This document shows, in pieces, positions 58,046 to 64,000 of a stretch of 64,000 nucleotides of DNA (position 1 is its first letter; the number at the start of each line of letters is the position of its first letter). A program made the translations under genes and the position numbers. This DNA comes from a virus, in UHGV virus genome UHGV-0125682, one strand, 5' to 3'. Under the pieces are notes generated by a model that was given only the letters and a program-made list of their open reading frames with translations, searched no databases and was not told the DNA's origin.

Positions 58046-58809
58046 CTTCAAATAAAACCCTCCTGGCGCGAACAGGTGAATGGCAAACCTCACGCACAGG
58101 AAAATTCCAGACCACGGGCTTTGAAAACGTGGATAACGCGTTTGCGACGCTAATCAGCAACATTTTTTCTGATATCTTACTGGTGGCCCCCGCGCCGGAA
58201 GAAAAACGCTTTGCGTCATTCTTGAATCGTCCACCAGCAGAGCGTGTCTATGTGGCCCGTTTCGACAATGCGATCGAGTTTCTTAAAGCGGTTCGTCGCG
58301 CAAATGCCGGGCAAGGGAGAAAACCTGAAAACCAGAACATTAACCGGGATGCTCTCCCCCTGGTCAATATCTCACGCACTATGGATATCAATTATATCAA
58401 CGATGATCAGCAGATTGACCGCAAAAAAGTAGCCAGTTTTTGCGAACCGGATACCGGAATGCCTTTAGCAGAACTGGAATACACCCAGGCCATTCTGACG
58501 TATGACGTTACGTTAATGGCAACTGATAAAGCGACCATGAGTCTGATGTGTAATTCGCTGGGCGCACGGCTTCGCCTGATGACAGGTACACAATTTGAAG
58601 CAACCACTCACCTTGTTCGTGTTCCGGTCCCGCTGATTTGCTCGATACAGGATGCCAAAGAAGTCGGCTTTACGGATGTTTCAGCACCAATTGGAGAAGA
58701 GCGTATTTATGCCACACAAGCGCCGATAAGTGTGATTGCAGACGTGATCACAGCATGGGAGTTGGACGCAAAACGTATTATTACCGAAACCTCGATATCT
58801 ATGGGGTGA
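58042..58809 (+). CDS. hypothetical protein (possible baseplate)
   Basis: Overlapping operon. Confidence 0.45.
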   Translation: MTSNKTLLARTGEWQTSRTGKFQTTGFENVDNAFATLISNIFSDILLVAPAPEEKRFASFLNRPPAERVYVARFDNAIEFLKAVRRANAGQGRKPENQNINRDALPLVNISRTMDINYINDDQQIDRKKVASFCEPDTGMPLAELEYTQAILTYDVTLMATDKATMSLMCNSLGARLRLMTGTQFEATTHLVRVPVPLICSIQDAKEVGFTDVSAPIGEERIYATQAPISVIADVITAWELDAKRIITETSISMG

Positions 58810-58812
58810 TAA

Positions 58813-59793
58813 GTGGCCCAGGAGTTACAACAATATTTTCTACAGTCAGTGCTCATTAACGATAACAAAGTGCCACGAGACTGGATTTTTACCGCAGTAT
58901 ATGTAGAAAAAACCAGCCTCAAAGCCCCTTTGCTAAAACTGGAAATTCATGACGCTACCGGCACCGTAATTGATGACTGGAAAGCCAAATACGGTGCATC
59001 GCTGGTGGCTGAAATGGGCGATCCAAACGGTAATGCAGGCACTTTTAAAACAGATTTCTTTGTTACGTCTGCAATGCTGGCTGGTGATGTTGTTACCGTT
59101 ATTGCTGTCAGTGAAGACGTGCGCAGGTTTAAGCTCCCCTCCCCGCGCACAAATTTACATACCAACAAAACACCAGACGCTATATTCAAGGCATATTCCG
59201 GCAAGCTTAAAATTACCAGCAGCGTGCTAAAACGCGCAGTTACATATCATCTGAATGCCGGTGACAAACCGTCAAAAATGCTTTCGGAGATAGCGCGAGA
59301 CAAAGGTGCATTATGTTGGGTATGCCGGGGGGAATTTAACTTTTACACCCTGGATGATCTGATGAAGCAAACGCCATCATTTACCTACGAGGGGAATAAC
59401 CCTAAAGCAGAATACACTTTGTCCAAAATGCGCCTACTCCAACAGGAACATGCGACAACAGCAAAGAATCAATATCGTTTTGTTGGGTATTCCATGACCG
59501 ATGGCTACGTCGAATATGGCGATAGCTCACTCCCAGTGCGTTATATATCCGACTCTGATATGGAAACTCTTCGCAATATGCAGCTGTCTCTCGTCCCCAA
59601 AATGGATATAGAAGTCGCAGGCAATCCTGATATAAAACCGGGGATGGTGATAGAGATTATCGTATACCGCTATGACCAGGAAAACCGCATTGATGAATCA
59701 ATGCCCCGTAAGCTGATAGTAAAAAATGTTGCGCACTTTGAAGACCGCGTAGGCTACACAACACGAATGATATTGGGAGTGCCGAACAAATGA
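58813..59793 (+). CDS. hypothetical protein (possible baseplate hub)
   Basis: Precedes spike-like gene. Confidence 0.45.
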   Translation: MAQELQQYFLQSVLINDNKVPRDWIFTAVYVEKTSLKAPLLKLEIHDATGTVIDDWKAKYGASLVAEMGDPNGNAGTFKTDFFVTSAMLAGDVVTVIAVSEDVRRFKLPSPRTNLHTNKTPDAIFKAYSGKLKITSSVLKRAVTYHLNAGDKPSKMLSEIARDKGALCWVCRGEFNFYTLDDLMKQTPSFTYEGNNPKAEYTLSKMRLLQQEHATTAKNQYRFVGYSMTDGYVEYGDSSLPVRYISDSDMETLRNMQLSLVPKMDIEVAGNPDIKPGMVIEIIVYRYDQENRIDESMPRKLIVKNVAHFEDRVGYTTRMILGVPNK

Positions 59794-60443
59794 AGCGTAG
59801 AGCGCAAATTGTTGGAACTGTGCACCCGGCAGGGCTTATGCGTGCTCAAGTCCGTGTTTTACCTGACTGGAATGGCGTTCCTGATGACGATCTACCCTGG
59901 GCGGAATACCTGTTACCCATCGGAAACGCTTTTGTACCCACAGTCAAAGGTGACCTGGTCTGGGTAGAGTTTCCTTATTTAGATGTTAACGGTCGAATAG
60001 ACACCAGACGCCCAATGATAGTTGGTGCCGCTCAGGATGCACCGGGAGGAATTCCAAACGTTGCACCAGAAGCATCTGGCAAAGGCAACGGCTGGACGCC
60101 GCCGGAAGTAGATGGAGCACCTCCCCGCCCCCAAATCTCAGCAACGAAAGACTTCGTTATTCACCGCAACAATATTCTTGAAGTACGAACTGCTGGTGGC
60201 GGCTATGAAATTGCCAATACGGCAGCAGGCTCAAGGATTGGCATGAATGAGTCCGGGCAGATATATATCATTGGTCCGGCTGATGTAATCGTGAATGCAG
60301 GAGGGAGTGTTAACGTCAAATCAGCCAACAACATCAATGTTAATGGGGAAAATATAGCTGTCACCGCTAACGGGGACATAGCTTTCAAGGCTGGGGGAAC
60401 CTTTCAGGCCACTGCTGGCAACTTCGATTTCAAGAAAGGATAG
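59790..60443 (+). CDS. baseplate central spike-like protein
   Basis: N-terminal OB-fold-like segment (VRVLPDWNG...GDLVWVEF) then Gly/Asn-rich beta-helix repeats. Confidence 0.5.
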   Translation: MKRRAQIVGTVHPAGLMRAQVRVLPDWNGVPDDDLPWAEYLLPIGNAFVPTVKGDLVWVEFPYLDVNGRIDTRRPMIVGAAQDAPGGIPNVAPEASGKGNGWTPPEVDGAPPRPQISATKDFVIHRNNILEVRTAGGGYEIANTAAGSRIGMNESGQIYIIGPADVIVNAGGSVNVKSANNINVNGENIAVTANGDIAFKAGGTFQATAGNFDFKKG

Positions 60444-60457
60444 AAAATGCACCCATT

Positions 60458-60495
60458 TGTGTTAGATAATTAATATGTATTTTCTAACATAAATG
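60458..60495. promoter_or_regulatory. pair of operator-like repeats
   Basis: tgtgttagataattaat and gtattttctaacataaatg upstream of rdgC-dmt. Confidence 0.55.
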
Positions 60496-60502
60496 GTGAG
60501 AC

Positions 60503-61408
60503 ATGAGATCAGTCGCTTTCAAAAATATCTTCATCTATCGTCTTTCACGCGAAGTTAGCTGGGATACTGCAGAAGTAAATGCAGCCCTTAGCAAGTTTGT
60601 GTTTACCCCATGCGGTTCTCAGGATATGACTAAAGCTGGTTGGACCCCCGTTCTTGGTGACAACCTCACCCATGAATACCAGGGTTTTCTTCTGATACAG
60701 CATAAACGAGAGGAAAAAATCCTACCTTCTCAAGTGCTCAAAGAAGAGTTACAGAAAAAAATCCTGACACTTGAAGAAGAGCAAGACAGAAAGCTGAAGA
60801 AGACCGAAAAAGATTCGCTGAAGGATGAAGTGCTTCACTCTCTTCTTCCTCGTGCTTTCACGAGAAAATCAGTCGCTAAAATCCTGATAGACCGAAGCAA
60901 TCATCTGGTTTTTGTCGAGGCCAGCAGTGCTAAAAAAGCAGAGGATCAGCTGGCTTTGTTACGGAAATCGCTTGGCAGCTTGCCAGTGGTCCCCTTCTCT
61001 CCGAAAGACCCATTAGAACTGACCATCACTGGCTGGATTAAAAATGGCTTCCCGAACGGTTTCCGTGCCGGTGAGGAAGCGACTTTAAAAGCATTGCTTG
61101 ATGATGGCGGCGCGGTCCGCTGCAAAAAAGTGGACCTGCTATCCGACGAGATAATGAGTCATATAGAAGCTGGTAAGGTTGCAACCACAGTTGCGGTCAA
61201 CTGGCAAGACCGTGCATTTTTCAGACTGAATGACGATATGAGTATCAAGGCTTTGTCGTTCAGCGACGAATTGTACGACCAGAACGACGGTATTGATCGA
61301 GAGGATGTTGCGCAACGATTTGACGCTGACTTTATCCTATTTACTGCTGAATTATCAGCGATGTTCACCTCGCTAGTGGAGGCCGTTGGTGGTGAAGCAG
61401 AACGTTAA
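60503..61408 (+). CDS. rdgC: RdgC-like recombination-associated protein
   Basis: Closely resembles bacterial RdgC as I recall it ([70 protein letters not shown]). Confidence 0.85.
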   Translation: MRSVAFKNIFIYRLSREVSWDTAEVNAALSKFVFTPCGSQDMTKAGWTPVLGDNLTHEYQGFLLIQHKREEKILPSQVLKEELQKKILTLEEEQDRKLKKTEKDSLKDEVLHSLLPRAFTRKSVAKILIDRSNHLVFVEASSAKKAEDQLALLRKSLGSLPVVPFSPKDPLELTITGWIKNGFPNGFRAGEEATLKALLDDGGAVRCKKVDLLSDEIMSHIEAGKVATTVAVNWQDRAFFRLNDDMSIKALSFSDELYDQNDGIDREDVAQRFDADFILFTAELSAMFTSLVEAVGGEAER

Positions 61409-63680
61409 CCTTCGATATGGTTCAGTTTGCAGTGGAATTGAAGCCGCGAGCATTGCCTGGGAACCGTTGGGTATGCGTCCGGCGTGGTTTGCTGAAATTG
61501 AGCCTTTTCCATCTGCCGTTCTTGCGCACCGCTGGCCTCATGTCGCCAACCTTGGCGATATGACAAAACTTGCCAAAAAAGTCCTGGCTGGGGAAATCGA
61601 ATCCCCTGATGTGCTCGTCGGGGGAACACCTTGTCAGGCATTCAGTATCGCGGGATTACGTGGTGGGCTTGATGATGAGCGCGGCGCGCTAACTTTGAAG
61701 TATGTGGAGCTTGCAAATGCAATTGACGACAAACGGTCTGAGTCCTTCCTCAAACCGACAGTTATCGTCTGGGAAAATGTCCCAGGAGTCCTGTCATCGG
61801 CAGATAACGCCTTCGGATGTTTCCTTGCCGGATTGGCTGGAGAAGATGCACCATTTGAACCAGGTGATCGACCTGAATCAGGAAAAAGTAACGCGTTCTG
61901 GCGGTGGGATGGCAAAACCGGTTGCCATGCTCCAAAGTGGCCGCAGTGTGGTTGTATTTATGGACCGCAGCGAAAGGTGGCCTGGAGAATACTTGATGCC
62001 CAATACTTCGGAGTGGCACAACGACGCCGACGCGTGTTTGTTGTCGCAAGTGCTCGAACAGACCTCGATCCCGCAACGGTACTTTTTGAGTTCGAAGGCG
62101 TGCGCCGGGATATTGCGCCGAGCCGAAAAAAGAAGGAAATCGCTTCCGCCATTATTGCAAATGGCGCTGCAATCAGTGGCGAAAGCCTAAATCCATGCCT
62201 ACACGCTGACATTCCACCCGGTATGAAATCGACGAAAGCCGTAAACGCTTTCAGGATGGCAGCATTTGGGGAATATATTGACGATGAAACCGCATCGACA
62301 GTAAAGGCAAGAGATTTTAAAGATGCCACTGACCTTGCCGTTTTTAGCAGCACAGGAGCAGGTTTTTGGTCAGAAGGGCATGGTACATTGCGGGCACGTG
62401 AGCAAGAAAGCCATGAGCATCTTGTTACATTGGCTTTTCCTGAGCGTATGAGCGGTACACAACATGCTGCAACTAAGAATACTTCACCATCTCTAATGGC
62501 TAAAAATCCAACAGCTGTTTGCTATGAAGTAAGAAACGCAGAAGTAGCTGTCCGCCGTCTTACCCCTGTCGAATGTGAAAGGCTGCAAGGTTTTCCTGAT
62601 GGGCATACGTTGATCCCGACGGAAAAGCGTAAAAAAGTTAATTCAGATGAACTGGCATATCTTCGCAATCACTATCCAGATTTAAGCGAAGAAGAGGCCG
62701 CGATGCTTGCAGCTGACGGACCGCGTTACAAAGCGATCGGCAACAGCATGGCAGTTCCTGTTATGCAATGGATAGGGTGTCGCATTCTTGCGACCGTAGC
62801 GGATAAACAGCAAAAAACAATAAATACCATTACCTACACAAGAAAACTCCGGACTCCGGATGAATATGAACGCCCAATATTCAAATGGGTAGGCGGTAAA
62901 TTCTCAGAGTTGCCTACAGTGCTTGAGCATCTACCACACGGCAAGCGGTTAATAGAACCATTCGTTGGTGGCGGTTCCGTATTTACGAATGCAGGATTTC
63001 GCCACAACCTGCTTAATGATATTAACGGTGACCTGATTAACTTCTATCAGACATTGCAGCGAGAAGGACATTCGCTCGTCACGCTGTCATATAGTTTTTT
63101 CCAAAATTACAACAACGCTGACGCTTACCTCGAAGTGCGTGAGGCATTTAACAGAGGAAAGTATGACCAGCTACATCATGCTGCCGCCTTTTTGTACCTT
63201 AATCGGCACTGTTTTAATGGCGTAACGCGGTACAACCAAAATGGCGAGTTCAACGTGGGGTATGGCAAATACAAAGCGCCCTACTTCCCACATGCAGAGA
63301 TGGAGGCATTTTTGGCTGATGACGTACTCAAAAACACGTCCTTTGTATCAGGTGACTTTGCTGGCGTCATCGAGGCGGCTGGTGAAGGCGATGTGATTTT
63401 TTGCGATCCGCCGTATGAACCGCTGCCGGATACAGAAGGGTTTACCAGTTATTCAGGAAATAGCTTCCGTTTCGACGAACAGAAACGGCTGGTATCTCTA
63501 TTGGTGGAAGCCCACCAGCGCGGCGCTAAGGTAGTGATAACAAATAGTGGTGCGCCAAACATCCGTGAACTATATGAAGGAAACGGGTTTAAAGTACATC
63601 ATATGGCAGCCAGACGGTCGGTGTCCTGCAAGGCGTCAACACGTGTAGTTGCTAACGATATAATTGCAATAATGAAGTAA
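61389..63680 (+). CDS. dmt: Dmt-like bifunctional DNA methyltransferase (C5-cytosine N-terminal, Dam-like N6-adenine C-terminal)
   Basis: PCQ motif GGTPCQAFS and ENV motif; C-terminal KWVGGK and DPPY; GTG start after GGAGG RBS, overlapping rdgC end. Confidence 0.85.
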   Translation: MVKQNVNLRYGSVCSGIEAASIAWEPLGMRPAWFAEIEPFPSAVLAHRWPHVANLGDMTKLAKKVLAGEIESPDVLVGGTPCQAFSIAGLRGGLDDERGALTLKYVELANAIDDKRSESFLKPTVIVWENVPGVLSSADNAFGCFLAGLAGEDAPFEPGDRPESGKSNAFWRWDGKTGCHAPKWPQCGCIYGPQRKVAWRILDAQYFGVAQRRRRVFVVASARTDLDPATVLFEFEGVRRDIAPSRKKKEIASAIIANGAAISGESLNPCLHADIPPGMKSTKAVNAFRMAAFGEYIDDETASTVKARDFKDATDLAVFSSTGAGFWSEGHGTLRAREQESHEHLVTLAFPERMSGTQHAATKNTSPSLMAKNPTAVCYEVRNAEVAVRRLTPVECERLQGFPDGHTLIPTEKRKKVNSDELAYLRNHYPDLSEEEAAMLAADGPRYKAIGNSMAVPVMQWIGCRILATVADKQQKTINTITYTRKLRTPDEYERPIFKWVGGKFSELPTVLEHLPHGKRLIEPFVGGGSVFTNAGFRHNLLNDINGDLINFYQTLQREGHSLVTLSYSFFQNYNNADAYLEVREAFNRGKYDQLHHAAAFLYLNRHCFNGVTRYNQNGEFNVGYGKYKAPYFPHAEMEAFLADDVLKNTSFVSGDFAGVIEAAGEGDVIFCDPPYEPLPDTEGFTSYSGNSFRFDEQKRLVSLLVEAHQRGAKVVITNSGAPNIRELYEGNGFKVHHMAARRSVSCKASTRVVANDIIAIMK

Positions 63681-63682
63681 AA

Positions 63683-63712
63683 AACGCCGCAGTAGCGGCG
63701 TTTACTTTTTTA
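63683..63712. terminator. bidirectional intrinsic terminator at phage/host junction
   Basis: acgccgcagtagcggcgt hairpin plus T-rich run. Confidence 0.7.
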
Positions 63713-63728
63713 TGTGGCGAAATACCTA

Positions 63729-64000
63729 TTAACCTAACTTCGCCCAGGTATCACGCAGCCCAACGGTGCGGTTAAATACCGGTTTTTCCGCCGTAGAATG
63801 GCGGCTGTCGAGGCAGAAATAACCTTCACGCTCAAACTGGAATGCTTTACCCGCTACCGCTTCTTTCAGCGACGGTTCAGCAAAACCCTGTTTGATCACC
63901 AGCGATTCCGGGTTAATCACCGACAGGAAATCATCCGCAGCACCTGGGTTCGGCACGCTGAACAGACGATCGTACAGGCGGATTTCAACCGGCAGCGCAT
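63729..64000 (-). CDS. glnS: glutaminyl-tRNA synthetase 3' end (partial, continues past window)
   Basis: C-terminal translation ...[35 protein letters not shown] matches GlnRS as I recall it; frame open to window end. Confidence 0.7.
   Translation of the reverse strand, partial: ALPVEIRLYDRLFSVPNPGAADDFLSVINPESLVIKQGFAEPSLKEAVAGKAFQFEREGYFCLDSRHSTAEKPVFNRTVGLRDTWAKLG

Larger units (their letters stand above)
1..63712. mobile_element. P1/D6-like temperate phage genome segment (phage-plasmid family)
   Basis: Cre/Dre-like recombinase beside rox-type site, phd-doc, humD plus LexA box, pacA-pacB, DarB-like and Dmt-like genes, phage tRNAs, dispersed operator repeats; host-like glnS begins at 63729. 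Confidence 0.85.

Noticed and set aside
1-64000. CRISPR array
   Set aside because: No regularly spaced direct repeats with unique spacers; the repeated motifs are dispersed operator-like sites.
1-64000. Insertion sequence or transposase
   Set aside because: No transposase-like ORF or terminal inverted repeats flanking one; the IS1 found in P1 is absent here.

Overview
The window is almost entirely one P1-family temperate phage genome, closest in hallmarks to Salmonella phage D6. The evidence is a Cre-like tyrosine recombinase (31302..32330) beside a 14-4-14 palindromic site that matches my recollection of the Dre/rox site (31107..31138), a phd-doc addiction module, humD with a canonical LexA box, a pacA-pacB terminase pair with a GATC-rich candidate pac site, a 2278-aa DarB-like methyltransferase-helicase, a Dmt-like fused C5/N6 methyltransferase, a Ref-like HNH protein, three phage tRNAs and an SPFH lipoprotein. 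A 17-bp asymmetric operator-like repeat (core TTTCTAACA) occurs at least 15 times, nearly always in front of operons, like the C1 regulon of P1 but with a different sequence. The phage DNA stops about 50 bp before the 3' end of a host-like glnS at the window end, which suggests chromosomal context. The most unusual observations are: (1) a terminase-large-subunit paralog with degenerate Walker A/B motifs and no nuclease domain, in an operon with dUTPase next to cre; (2) two immI-like icd/antirepressor modules 40 kb apart whose leaders share the same architecture but have different 7-bp stem sequences; (3) a 2-kb ORF-poor, hairpin-dense region around the tRNA cluster; (4) an AT-rich islet with a membrane/coiled-coil protein next to higBA; (5) a 1013-aa protein combining a ParB-like N-terminus with an HExxH C-terminus. 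All product calls rest on motifs and recalled family signatures read from the translations; no database search was run.
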